Shown here: positions 10,858 to 22,261 of the stretch, one piece after another
Position numbering within the stretch: the stretch's first letter is position 1
Layout of the letters: each line of letters begins with the position of its first letter
NCBI RefSeq assembly: GCF_004010195.1
Contig: NC_057752.1
Location: 3,444,634 to 3,485,808 of the forward strand
Source: Chiloscyllium plagiosum
Lineage: Eukaryota
Length of the DNA: 41,175 nucleotides
Reading direction: 5' to 3'
Program-made: the position numbers and the translations under genes
Notes under the pieces: model-generated
The model's input: the letters and a program-made list of their open reading frames with translations, nothing else
Database searches by the model: none
Told to the model about the DNA's origin: nothing

Positions 10858-11510
10858 GGGCAGCACGGTGGCACAGTGGTTAGCATCGCTGCCTCACAGC
10901 GCCAGAGACTTTTTTTTTAGATTTTTTTTTTAGATTAGATTTCTTACAGTGTGGAAACAGGCCCTTCGGCCCAACAAGTCCACACCGCCCGCTGAAGCGC
11001 AACCCACCCATACCCCTACATTTACCCCTTATCTAACACTACGGGCAATTTAGCATGGCCAATTCACCTGACCTGCACATCTTTGGACAGTGGGAGGAAA
11101 CCGGAGCACCCGGAGGAAACCCACGCAGACACGGGGAGAATGTGCAAACTCCACACAGTCAGTCACCTGGGTCGGGAATTGAACCCGGGTCTCTGGCGCT
11201 GTGAGGCAGCAGTGCTAACCACTGTGCCACCGTGCCGCCCGTATTCAATTCTGAGGCGGGATTCAATTCCCGCCTCAGGCAACTGTCTGTGTGGAGTTTG
11301 CACATTCTCCCCGTGTCTGCGTGGGTTTCCTCCGGGTGCTCCGGTTTCCTCCCACAATCCAAAAGAAAATGTGCAGGTCAGGTGAATTGCCGGTAGCGTT
11401 AGGTGAAAGGGTAAATGTAGGGGAATGGGTCCGGGTGGGTTGTGCTTCGGCGGGTCGGTGTGGACTTGTTGGGCCGAAGGGCCTGTTTCCACACTGCAAG
11501 TAATCTAATA
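10858..11510 (+). mobile_element. HE1-like SINE interrupted after its A-box region by a full antisense HE1
   Basis: Head at 10858-10910; body resumes at about 11261 (TTCAATTCCCGCCTCAGG) and ends CACACTGCAAGTAATCTAAT. Confidence 0.9.
10918..11240 (-). mobile_element. Full-length, young-looking HE1-like SINE
   Basis: Minus strand starts GGGCGGCACGGTGGCACAGTGGTTAGC, has a GGGTTCAATTCC B box, retains many CpGs and ends in an (AATCT)n/A tail. Confidence 0.92.
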
Positions 11511-11522
11511 AAAAAAAAACTC

Positions 11523-11731
11523 ATGTATGGAATGAGCTGCCAGAGGAAGTGGTGGAGGCTGGTACAATTGCAACATTTAAAAGGCATTTGGATGGGTATA
11601 TGAATAGGAAGGTTTGGAGGGATATGGGCCGGGTGCTGGCAGGTGGGACTAGATTGGGTTGGGATATCTGGTCAGCATGGACGGGTTGGACCGAAGGGTC
11701 TCTTTCCGTGATGTACAGCTCTAGGACTCTA
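11523..11731 (+). mobile_element. CR1 LINE 3' end
   Basis: WNELPEEVVEAGTIATFKRHLDGYM plus the CR1 3' UTR. Confidence 0.92.
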
Positions 11732-11744
11732 ATCGGATCATAGG

Positions 11745-12016
11745 TCATCCCTTCACTTATTGTTCAGCTGTTAAACACTTACACCATCCAACACTCTTGA
11801 TCACTTGCAGAGACTTATTATTCAGCCTATGGACACTCCACTCAAACCACTTCTATGATCTTTTGGTCTCTCTGCCGATAAATTCTGTGCCTGTGTGCTT
11901 CACTTCACCCAGTGGAGAAGCAGCACTCCAAAAGCTTGTGATTTCAAATAAACCTGTTGGACTAGAACCTGATGTCATGTGACTTCTGACTAGTCAAACA
12001 CTGGCACCTCCACATC
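11745..12016 (+). mobile_element. PLE 3' region with decayed terminal repeat
   Basis: GAAGCAGCACTCCAAAAGCTTGTGATTTCAAATAAACCTGTTGGACT is a decayed version of 12445-12529. Confidence 0.65.
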
Positions 12017-12444
12017 AACCGGGAATTGGCAGCCGAGTGGGACTGGAGGGATACTTCTTGCAGACCAGGCTAGCCCCTATTCTCGAACCATTCTATGATA
12101 AGACAAGGCAAAGAGGGACAGGAAAGGGACTTCTTTTGAGTGAAAAGTACAACAGACGTCAAATGCTGTGCGATGTATCCTGTTGCTGTTGAAATTGCAT
12201 TCCTGATAACGCACCAGTTTCTGCAAAGCCATGTCCATAACCAATATCACATCAACTCGTTCCACAATGCACAAGCCAATCGAACTGAATATAGATGTGA
12301 TGTCTTTGATCTGGCTGTGTTTTCAGTCATTAAGCGATATGGGAGCTAATGTCCACCTTACATCAAGCTCTTGGAATTGGCTAGAAAAAAAAGACATCTC
12401 GATATGTTTTCTAATTCCCGCCGTTGCAAGGTCTGCTCCACAAC

Positions 12445-12479
12445 CACCTGATGAAGGAGCAGCGCTCCGAAAGCTAGTG
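12445..12479 (+). ncRNA. Minimal type I hammerhead ribozyme motif in a PLE terminal repeat (repeat extends to about 12529)
   Basis: CAC / CTGATGA / A / GGAGC-AGC-GCTCC / GAAA / GCTA / GTG: intact core, 5-bp helix II, 3-bp helix I (CAC:GTG), palindromic AGCT in place of helix III. Confidence 0.8.
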
Positions 12480-13780
12480 CTTCCAAATAAACCTGTTGGA
12501 CTATAACCTGGTGTTGTGTGATTTTTAACAAGGTTAAGAGGAACTTTCAGATACCAGCCAAAGTCAGGACTAGCAGCATTGCCTCCAGACATCCAGTTGT
12601 ATATTAATGTTATACAAAAAACAAGGATGTTTTGTAGTTCAACATTTGTTCGCAATTAATCTGTTGTGCACACACTGTATTTGGGCACCAAACAACGTTT
12701 CATATACGTACATCACTAAGCACTATTTATCCCAAACAAAAAGTCAATAGAACACACATTAGAATTAAAAAGCGGTACATTTCTAGTGCTTCCAATATCT
12801 CTCCCTTTTAATTACTCCTGTCTTGACAGAATTCACAGCACTCAGCGACTTCTCAAACAGCGAGAAAAACAAATCTAGGCCTCCAACCAATCCCAGCACA
12901 TCCTAGGGTGTCACGGGTCAGAGGTCAGGGTTCAAACACAAGAGTTCGCATGCCAATAGCACGCTTCACTTACAGGGAGATGTCTCACAGGAGTTTACAG
13001 CATAGGGGCCACAAATCTATCTTGGAAAAATTCTTCACATCTACCAATCAATCCTTTAGCCACCAACGTACTACTGAATCGGTTTTCGTTTTCAAACAAA
13101 AGTGCTGGTAAACCTTGAAACCTGGTTTCACAGTTTGTTGATTATTTTCCAATTCTGCCCCTGTTCCAGTTTGAGGGATATTTTCTCTCAACCCTTTTGC
13201 ATCGTGAGGCAAACCACACAAATCCATTCACCAGAGGGAAATGGGCCTGTTGTCAATTCCCTTTGAAAGGAAAGAGCCTTAGCATCATTGAACAAGTGAC
13301 AAAAAAAAAATTCTGTTATCTGACAATTGCAGGTTAGCATGGAGCCAGCCTGGCTTTAGAAAGATTCAGTGCACTGTGTATTTGGGGTTGGAGTTGGAGG
13401 GGAAGCAACTGTTTCAGACACAAGTGACACATGCTTGCTCATGACGGGCAGCTTTATTTACAAAATGCCATAATGAGCTCTAAAGCACGAACTCTGAATA
13501 AACAGACAGTTGATCTCCCTAATGTAGAGTGCAGTCTGAGTCACTCACCTACTATTGAAGCTGGTCTCATTTGTCTTAACACTCAAGAGAGAAATGATTC
13601 ATGATATTTAATCCATTGCAATGGAGCTGTACATTAGGCACTGGGTAGAACAGGCCACTACCTCGAAATGGTTTGTACCCAATAGTCTTTGCCATGAGAA
13701 AGGGAGCATCATGGATACAAAACCAGACCGACACTGCTCAGGTGGAACTGTTTTCATCTGGACCGACCTACTGGGAGCTG

Positions 13781-13905
13781 GATGTCGATAGTGGGGGATG
13801 TCGATAGTGGGGGATTCAGCGATGGTAACACCATTGAATGTCAAGGGGCGGTGGTTCAAATGTCTCTCATTGGTGATGGTCATTGCCTGGCATTTGTGTG
13901 GCACC
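13781..13905 (-). mobile_element. LINE RT C-terminal fragment (CR1/L2 group)
   Basis: HKCQAMTITNERHLNHRPLTFNGVTIAESPTIDI; contains a 16-bp tandem duplication at 13781-13812. Confidence 0.65.
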
Positions 13906-14377
13906 TGGCATTTTGCAGCTGCCAATTATGTTTGCTTGAGGCAAGGCTTTTTAAATGGGCACATCAGGTTTAAATAAAAAGGTCGTCAACCCTTGGTCCA
14001 TAGGCCAAGCTAAGAGGAACGCAGAATCCAATGGGGTAACTTGAGACACCCAGTGCTTGTGGAACCATATCCTGGCAAGCTGTGCAGGAAAATAGGAGGG
14101 AGGCGAGAATGTGATCAGTACAGGGAGAGTTTAAGACAAAACATAAATCATGTCAATAAATTGATCTTGACAACATAAAGAGATTCATCATCAAGCACAG
14201 TATGATAAAACTGTTACAGGGTTCCATGTCTTCTGCATCACTAGTTTTCTTGACTACCCGCTAACTGCTTGTTCCCGTGCCAACCACTGAGGCCTACCTC
14301 TCCCCAATTATTCACCACAACTGGTTGATGCTACAGCCACGCAAAGCTGCCATAGGTTGTTAGCATCCATCTTGAGG

Positions 14378-14570
14378 GAAGGCGATGACCTCATGGTATT
14401 ATCACTGGACTGTTAATCCAGAGACCAAGGTAACGTCCTGGGGACCCGGGATCGAATCCCGCCATGGTAGAATTTGAATTCAATAAAAATCCAGAATTAA
14501 GAGTCTCATGATGACCAGGAATCCATTATCGGGAAAACCCATCTGGGCAATTAGGGATAGGCAATAAATT
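14378..14570 (+). mobile_element. tRNA-derived SINE, non-HE1 family, internally deleted
   Basis: GGCGATGACCTCATGGTA A-box-like start, CTGGACTGTTAATCCAG stem-loop, GGGATCGAATCCC B box, GGGCAATTAGGGATAGGCAATAAA 3' segment. Confidence 0.65.
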
Positions 14571-14609
14571 TAAAAAGAAATCTTGTGTAAGAGGCCTTTG
14601 CATGAGGCC

Positions 14610-15075
14610 TTGTGATCTGGTATCTTGTCTTGGCATTCGAATTGTTCGCGTTAAGCTTGATTCCTGGGATGACTGGGGGTTGAGCAGACTGCACCTGTAT
14701 TCTCTCGAGTTTGGGCAAATGAGAGGTGGTCTCACAGAAACGTGCCAACTCCTTCAAGGGCTAGACACAGAACGGATGTCTCTCCCAGGCTGTGGGCTCC
14801 TGAACTGGGGTGCACCGTCTCAAAATAAAACTCAAAGTATCATAGGCCCGGGGAAAGGAGGAAGGTCTTCACTCATAGAGAGTGGCGAATGTTGGGAAAT
14901 CTCTCTCCCGGAGGGCGGTGGAAGCTCAGTCCAGTCCATTGCAGACAGATATTGATAAACAGCCAGCTGCGAATGACATCTAGGATTATGGGAAGACAAC
15001 GTTGAGGTCGATGATCAGTCAGGATCCAGATTGGGATAGCAGTCTCAAAGGGCTGAATGGCTGGCTCCTGCGTTC
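14610..15075 (+). mobile_element. Old CR1 LINE 3' fragment
   Basis: LSRLHLYSLEFGQMRGGLTET in ORF 14602-14955 and a 3' UTR-like AAGGGCTGAATGGCTGGCTCCTG. Confidence 0.75.
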
Positions 15076-15369
15076 CAACAGGAATTCTGATAAAATGCGA
15101 CAACAGCAGCAACTTCCGGCCACGTTCGCGTGAACATGGACCTACGGTGGTGATGGGATGATGCCAAATGGCCAATGGCTAAGATGGCTCATGTGTAGCT
15201 AGCATTCCTGCTGGGAACGGGCATGGCCAGAGGTAGAAAATACTGACATACCACATCGCATTGCACAATAATCACGCTTGCCACTGCTTTAACGCTCACT
15301 TGCTTTCCAATTCAACTTTAACATCACTGTGCAGCGCAATGCTGGGATGACTTAGTGCCAGACGAGACC

Positions 15370-15651
15370 TAGGGTGAGAAGGGCTTGGGAAAAGATATAA
15401 GGAGATCTAAGGGGCAACTTTTTCATGCAGATGGTGGTACATGATTGGAATGAACTGCCAGAGGGAGTGGTGGAGGCTGGTACAATTCCAACATTTAAAA
15501 GGCATCTGGATGGGTATATGAATAGGAAGGGTTTGGAGGGATATGGGCCGGGTGCTAGGAGGTGGGACTAGATTGGGTTGGGATATCTGGTCAGCATGGA
15601 CGGGTTGGACTGAAGGGTCTGTTTCCGTGCTGTACATCTCTGTGACTCTAT
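15370..15651 (+). mobile_element. CR1 LINE 3' end
   Basis: Same subfamily as 1-1031; ends CTCTGTGACTCTAT. Confidence 0.92.
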
Positions 15652-16324
15652 AATTGGCAATAATATTGCTTTCTGAGGCACAAACAGAAGGAGTAACTCT
15701 TCCCAGCTCCACAAGGATGCAATGGACCTCCATCTCCCGTGTCTCCCGGACAGCTATGACTTCCATTTGGCTCCCTCACCACATCCCATCAACGACTCGC
15801 CTTAATGCTGTGGAGCATCCTCATGGCGGCCCACTCACCTGAGAGATTGTCCCTGCTTGCCAGCCTCTGTATTGCCCCTGCCAGCTTTGGGTAAATTTTC
15901 AATTTCCCTCGCTAGAAACGAGGCACAGGAAGTAAGAAAACCTGGGCCTCAAAATGGCTACCTACTCTGACGTCCCAGTAGCCACTTGCGATTTTCTCTC
16001 CCCCAGTTCAAAACAATGGCCTATGTTTCTACTCCAGAACCTCTTTCAATGCCAACGGGCCCTCCAGAATGGGCTGGTTTGGTCTGACACAATAAAACAG
16101 CTGGCACATTTCCAACCAAAGGTTCACTTACCAACCATGATTTAGTCCCTTTGTTGACTATGTAAGCGCCCATCTTCTAGGCTTTCAAGTTCAAATAACA
16201 ATACAATGTAATAATAATTGTGAAAATAAGTCTCCCTTCTTCCCGCATGTTTCAAGAGCTCATTCTGAATCGATACTCCAATTTACAAATCCATGCAAAC
16301 TCATCTTCAAAAGCTAATTGGAGC

Positions 16325-16626
16325 ATAGAATCAAATCCCTACAGCAGGCTATTCAGCCCATTGCCCCTCCGAAGAGCATCCCACCCAGACCCACCCCATC
16401 CCTGTAACCCTGCATTTCCCATGGCTAATCCACCCAGTCTGCACATTCCTGGACACTATGGATGATTTAGCATGGTCAATCCACCTAACCTGTACATTTT
16501 TGGAAACTGGAGCAAACCCATGCAGACACGGGGAGAACGGTGTGGAGTTTGCACAGTCGCCCGAGGGTGGAATCGAACCCAGGTACCTGGTGCTGTGAGA
16601 CAGCAGTGCTAACCACTGAGACACCG
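16325..16626 (-). mobile_element. HE1-like SINE
   Basis: Reverse complement of CACGGTGTCTCAGTGGTTAGCACTG..GGGTTCGATTCC plus the HE1 body. Confidence 0.88.
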
Positions 16627-16773
16627 TGATCAGAGCATCTCTGTACCATTTATATTCCCGTGACAAAAGGCCCAATTTTTTTTAAGCTCTCCTGACGTCC
16701 TGCCCAATGTACTCCGTCAACAAAACTTGGCCAGAGCCAAAACCTCGTGGCGGTTTGTGAACAGGAGTGTGCA

Positions 16774-16785
16774 CAAAATGGCGGC
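16774..16785 (+). promoter_or_regulatory. Candidate YY1 site
   Basis: CAAAATGGCGGC matches the YY1 consensus; TGACGT cores lie nearby (about 16693 and 16811). Confidence 0.35.
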
Positions 16786-17974
16786 TGCGTGCAACAAAGT
16801 GAGAGACTCCACGTCAATGTACGCCAAAGGCTGTGAGGCCCGAATCATGGGCATGGGAAGGTTCAAATGATAAACTCTGGTTTTACTCTCTTTTTCCTCA
16901 GAATTACATCGGAAAATCCCTTCATTTTCACCCACATGGATGGTCGGAGTAGAGGGAGGGGATAGGAGGAAGGAGCGAGCTCGCACAGCCTAACTCCCCA
17001 TCTTTGATGGGATGCTGCCAATCGGAATTGGCATATTAAATAAAAGAGGACTGTTAAAAATACAAATTGTGGAATCACACAACGCCTCATGTTTCATGTT
17101 TGCCAATTCATTCCAAATTGATGGTGTTGTGCTTGCTCCCCATGAAGAGGGAAGAAAAAAATGATTTCATAAATCTACACTCCAATCACCCACACACATC
17201 TGTGCTCAGGAGCTGACAATGCAACAGGCATGTAATTACACACAATAAATCTAAACAATTTAACCAAAAACTCTCGGAGAGATGGAATAGCAGGCGTTTG
17301 CACAAGAGATAATGGGGTATTAATTTTGTGCAGCCTTCAAATAAGAAAGAACGGTAATACAGTCTAAAAATTACCACAGAACTGCTCGCGATAAGCAGTG
17401 GGGCTGAAGCAGATTGGTAACCAGCAGGCCAAAACAAAAAGTTAAAAGGGTAGTCGAAAACACATTTGATATTTCTAGTAAATTTCTCCACAATATCGCG
17501 ACATTGATATAGTTTTTTGAATATTTTTGCCTGCTCTTAGCTGACAATTGAGTATGTTCTCTTTCGCCAGCTGAGCTTCCCGTCCTTTCGGCCTTTAGCT
17601 GGAAGCCATTTTGCCGTCTTCCTGTGTGGGTGTTTGCCTCGTGGATGTCAAAAGGAGTGCTGCAGGCAAAAAGAAATCTGCAGTGCTCAAATGAGCCTTA
17701 GCAATCCAGAGCTTCACTGCCACATTGTTTCTACAACTGTAGCCTCATTATTGGAATTAAACCTCAAGGGCACAGTCAGAGAATTCCAAGGGCATTTGAT
17801 CAGCTCCACCTCACTCGCATGCCCATTCCACCTCTGTCAGCTTGCTAAGTCACTGCCAGCTGGTCATACAACCGTGCGGGGCACTTTACTCTGTTCAGAA
17901 AGTTGGGAAATCGTTGGAAACTTTCGCCTTCCCGATTCTTGAAAAGACCGCTGTTCAAAAGCTGTTGTCAACTG

Positions 17975-18840
17975 TTGGCTCAGTGACACTGTAAGGTTGT
18001 AGGTTCATAGAACATAGAACAATACAGCACAGAACAGGTCCTTCGGCCCTCGATGTTGTGCTGACCTGTGAACTATTCTCTGCTTGTCCCCCTACACTAT
18101 CCCATTATCATCCATGTGCTTATCCAAGGATTGTTTAAATCTCCCTAATGTGGTTGAGTTGACTACATTAGCAGGTAGGGCATTCCATGCCCTTACCACA
18201 CTCTGCGTAAAGAACCTGCCTCTGACATTTGTCTTAAATCTATCACCCCTCAATTTGTAGCTATGCCCCCTCGTACAAGCTGATGTCATCATCCTAGGGA
18301 AAATACTTTAACTGTCTACCCTATCTAATCCTCTCATTCATAATCCCACTCCAGAGCCAAGTGTCCACTCTGGACACTTCACTGCTCACAGAGTGGCCTG
18401 CGCATTTGCTGGAGCTGTTCACGAGGTCACCTGATCACAATGCCACCCACTGATGGTGCGGCCGAGCTGCAAGAAAATGCCAATCCTTAAGCCAGGTCTT
18501 TTGCCTTTGCCCATCAGTCTCAAGTGTCAGGTTTTGCTCGGCAATGCTGCCCTGAGATAACCTGGCCGTGTCTCACTGTATGAAAGGCGCTCCGTAAATA
18601 CACTTCCTTGGAGTTTTTTTTTGCTTCCTGAGAACTGAAACAGAAGCCATGTCTACCCCCCTCAGGTGGGTGCCGAAAGGTCCTTTGACACGATTTCAAG
18701 AAAGCAGAGGGAGGGAGGTCACCGGTGCTCTCTCTAGGATTATATTTGAAACCAATGCCTACAGAAATGACAATCATGGCATCAGAGAGCTCACTGTGTA
18801 CAAACTGGACTGCAGGCTCCCTCCACTACATGAGTGATTA
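17975..18840 (+). mobile_element. Old Deu-domain (SacSINE1-like) SINE remnants, interrupted by a CR1
   Basis: GGTTGTAGGTTCA|..|TCCCACTCCAGAG head split by the CR1, a TGAAAGGCGCT..AAAT tail, and a CCCTCAGGTGG..GATTTCAAGAAAGCAG central segment. Confidence 0.5.
18006..18335 (-). mobile_element. CR1 LINE 3' end
   Basis: (CATAGAA)2 tail; ORF TRGHSYKLRGDRFKTNVRGRFFTQSVVRAWNALP; TTCATA on both sides (18004, 18336). Confidence 0.92.
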
Positions 18841-18884
18841 CAGTTTTATGTCATTTCTATGGTTCTGTAGGGTTTTTTCGAGGA

Positions 18885-19565
18885 GATTTATTATTGTCTC
18901 ATGCTGTAGGTAATCTAATCTAATCAAAATCTAATCTAGGTACAGTGAAACGTTTTATTTTGCGTGCAGTACAGGGGCAGATCATACCGTACAAACTGCA
19001 TCAGGGTGATAGAACAGAGCGAGGAATACAATGTTACGGCTGCAGAGAAGGTGCACAATGAGTGAGGTCAACATTCGATTTGAAATTGGAGAGGTCCAGT
19101 CAGAAGTCTGATAACAGCGACGAAGGAGCTGTTCTTGAATCTGTTAGTCTGTGTGTTTAAGCTTTTGTATCCTCTGCCCGAGGGAAGAGGTTGGAAGAGA
19201 TTGTAACCAGGGTGGGAGGGGTCTTTGATGATGTTGCTGCCTTCCCGAGGCAGTGGGAAGTGTAGATGGAGCCAGTGGATGGAAGGTTGGTTTGGGTGAT
19301 GGACTGGGCTGTGCTCACAACTCCCTGTAGTTTCTCACTGTCCTGGGCAGAGCAGTTGCCGTACCAAGCCGTGATCCATGCGGATAGAATGCTTTCTGTG
19401 GTACATCTGTAAAAGTTGGGGAGAGTCTTTGTGGACATACTGAATTTCCGTAGCCTCCTGAGGGAGTAGAGGTGTTGTTGTGCTTTATTGACCGTCATAC
19501 AAATGAACAAGGACAGATTGTTGGTGATTGCCACTCCCAGGAACATGATGCCCTCAACCTCCTCC
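18885..19565 (-). mobile_element. Rex1/Babar-clade LINE 3' part
   Basis: FLGVAITNNLS..KAQQHLYSLRRLRKF..FYRCTTESILSAWITAWYGNC..LQGVVSTAQSI; AATAAATC-type 3' end. Confidence 0.85.
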
Positions 19566-19713
19566 ACGGGATTAGAAAGGGCATCGGGGGGACTTTGAAA
19601 CAGCATGTTCAAGACGGGGGCCCCTTCTCTGCTGCATTGGGTCCATGGTTTCAATTCAAAATCCTATCATTGGCTCGAAACCACTTCAGGTTCGATTGAG
19701 GTCATGAGGTAAA

Positions 19714-20340
19714 GAAAGACTTGCATTTATAAAGCACCTTTCACTCGGTAGCTGAAGCGCAAAATCCATAGAACTGCGGGTGCTGGCAATCAGAAGTTGC
19801 TGGAAAAGCTCAGCAGGTCCGGCAGCGTTTGAGGAGCAAAAGCAGAGTTAGCCTTTCGGGTCCTTTCTTCACAATTTCGTTCACCCAGCAGGTCTGACAG
19901 CATCTGTGGACAGAAAGCTGGGTGAACGAAATTGTGAAGAAAGGACCCAAAAGGCTAACTCTGCTTTCGCTCCTCAAACGCTGCCGGACCTGCTGAGTTT
20001 TTCCAGCAATTTCGAATTTTGCTTCAAAGTGCTTTAATAGCCAAGTATTTTTCGTGAGGTGCCCTCACCATTGTGATGCAGGAGACAGAACAAATCCACA
20101 CACAGTAAGCTCCATTTAACAGCAATGTAATAAGGATCTCGTAATCTGTCGCTGCTAAGCAAAACAAACATATTGGGCAAAGCACTGAGAAAAGAATTCC
20201 TCTGCTCTTTAAATTAAAATCAACCTTTCTAGTCAAAAAGATAGCAGTCCTCAGTTTAAATCCTCAATTGCAGCTCTGACAGTACTGCACAAGGGAGTGA
20301 GCCGAGATTTTGAATTCAAGTCCTGGAGTGGGACTTCGAG
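19714..20340 (-). mobile_element. Old Deu-domain SINE remnant interrupted by the 19793-20013 hairpin insert
   Basis: GACTTGCATTTATAAAGCACCTTTCAC (tail complement) .. ACAGCAATGT .. CTGACAGTACTGCAC .. AAGTCCTGGAGTGGGACTT (head complement). Confidence 0.55.
19793..20013. repeat. Long inverted repeat: 97-bp arms, 27-nt spacer, PLE terminal-repeat derived
   Basis: 19793-19889 is the reverse complement of 19917-20013 with 4 mismatches by my count. Confidence 0.95.
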
Positions 20341-20710
20341 TCACCGAGATGTACAGCACGGAAACAGACCCTTCAGTCCAACTCGTCCATGCTGACCAGG
20401 TATCCCAACCTAATCTAGTCCCATTTGCCAGCACTTGGCCCATGTCTCTCTGAACCCTTCCTATTCATATACCCATCCAGGTGCCTTTTAAATGCTGTAA
20501 TTGTACCAGTCTCCACCACTTCCTCTGGCAGCTCATTCCATACACACACCACCCTCTATGTGAAAAAGGTGCCCCTCAGGTCCCTTTTATATCTTTCCCC
20601 TCTCACCCTAAACCTATGCCCTCTAGTTCTGGACTCCCCGACCCCCGGGAAAAGACTTTGTCTATTTACCCTATCCATGTCCCTCATGATTTTATAAACC
20701 TCCATAAGGT
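20338..20710 (-). mobile_element. CR1 LINE 3' end
   Basis: Reverse complement of the 730-1030 type sequence. Confidence 0.92.
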
Positions 20711-20887
20711 GTTTAGGGGCTTGAACTTAAAATTTCCAATTCACTGAGCCATAGCTGACAGAGCACCACATGAAATAGGCCCTCCTTTAAACTCCCTACT
20801 TCCATGTGCGTTCCTCATCTCTTGCTGTACCTACAGACTAATGTTTTGTGATTCATGTCTGACGCCTCCAGATCTCTCTGCGTGCAC

Positions 20888-20909
20888 GTGTGTGTGTGTG
20901 TGTGTGTGT
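20888..20909. repeat. (GT)n microsatellite
   Basis: About 11 GT units. Confidence 0.95.
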
Positions 20910-21069
20910 CTACAAGCTCTCGCCATGTCAGTAGTCTGCTTTTCTATTCTTCCTGGTTTGCTGGCAAGTTCACATTATCCTACATTCGACTCCAAACACC
21001 AATTTTCTCCCCACCCGCTGATCTCGGCCTCCTTTCATCTTCTTGACAGCCTACTTTCCTATCGTTACG

Positions 21070-21740
21070 TCAAACTCAGCAACCCGTCCATTTACTCCAT
21101 CAAAATAAATGATAAATAGTTGTGGCCCCAGCATTAAGCCCTATGGCACTCCACTCTTGTCAACCTTAGTAAACAGAGTCGGTGTAGTCAACGAACCAAC
21201 TTTCTATCCGTGCTAATATGTGAGATTAATTAAAAATATCTGCCCCCTACACCATGAGCTCTTACTTCATTTCGCACCTTTTGATGTTGCACCTTGTCAA
21301 ATGCCTCTAGAAATTCAAGGACATCACGTACACAGGCTCCCCTTTATCTGAACGTGTAATGCCCTCCAAAATTAGTCAAGCACAATTCCCCTTTCACAAA
21401 ACCACGTTGACTCTGCCTGATTACATTACGAATGTCGAAGTGCTCTGCTATAACCTTCTTAACAGTAGATTCCAGCATTTTCGCAATTTCTACTGGGAGA
21501 ATGGTCAGTAACTGAAGGATCCAGGTTTAAAACACATGGCAGCAAGGAGAGACGTGAAGATTTGGTTTGACGTCTGGAATGCAGCGCCTGAAATGGAAAT
21601 GTCAAAGGAAATTGGCTAAATACTTGTAGGGGGAGAAAATGCAGACAAAGGGCAAAGGAGGGAGGATAATTGCATAGCTCTTTCAAAACACTGACAGAGG
21701 CATAATGAGCCAAATGGCTTCTTTCTATGTTGTAAGAGTC
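21070..21740. mobile_element. Two old CR1 fragments (about 21070-21480 minus, RT region; about 21520-21740 plus, 3' end)
   Basis: GGCCCCAGCATTAAGCCCTATGGCACTCCACT is the reverse complement of SGVP.G..LGP; CACCTTGTCAAATGCC gives AFDKV; TGGAATGCAGCGCCTG and GAGCCAAATGGCTTCTTTCTATGTTGTAA mark a 3' end. Confidence 0.7.
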
Positions 21741-22261
21741 CATTACTGTGGTACTCTTGCTATTATGTTCCTGGCAGAGACAAAAACAAAACACTCTCCA
21801 GAATTGTGCTGTATCCTACTCCACAAATGGACCTATTATAAAGAAAGGATGTTAATAACACATTAGCTGAACCTTTTGAAACCTTGCTCTCTTGCAACGT
21901 GCCCTTGTCTCTGCTCTCCAATATGAGATTCACTTCCACCCGGTGATCGCTCTACATGCAGTTCAACCTGGTCTGGAATCTCCATTAACCACCTGATTAT
22001 ACGCCGGACCGATCACATGAACAGCTTTGATCATGAGACATCGCCTTAGACAGCCGCCATCTTCCAGCCCCCACCCCACCAATCTCGAGTTCTGCTGAGA
22101 GGTTATTGGACAGAAATGTTAACCCAGAACGTGTTCCTGTCCATTGTGAACCAAAACCAAAACATTGACAGAGTCCACTCAAGAAAGGGAAACGTGACCT
22201 TTACTTCAGAAACAACTCACTGCGACTCTGTCCCGCCATAATGCTGTCAGGGATAGCAAAA

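Noticed and set aside
10330..10920. 196-aa ORF with hydrophobic C-terminal half
   Set aside because: It spans an old CR1 piece, a T-rich probably PLE-derived segment and a SINE head; no recognisable domain.
11165..11240. HE1 heads as genuine tRNA genes
   Set aside because: Each continues into the SINE body and tail; they are tRNA-derived promoters.
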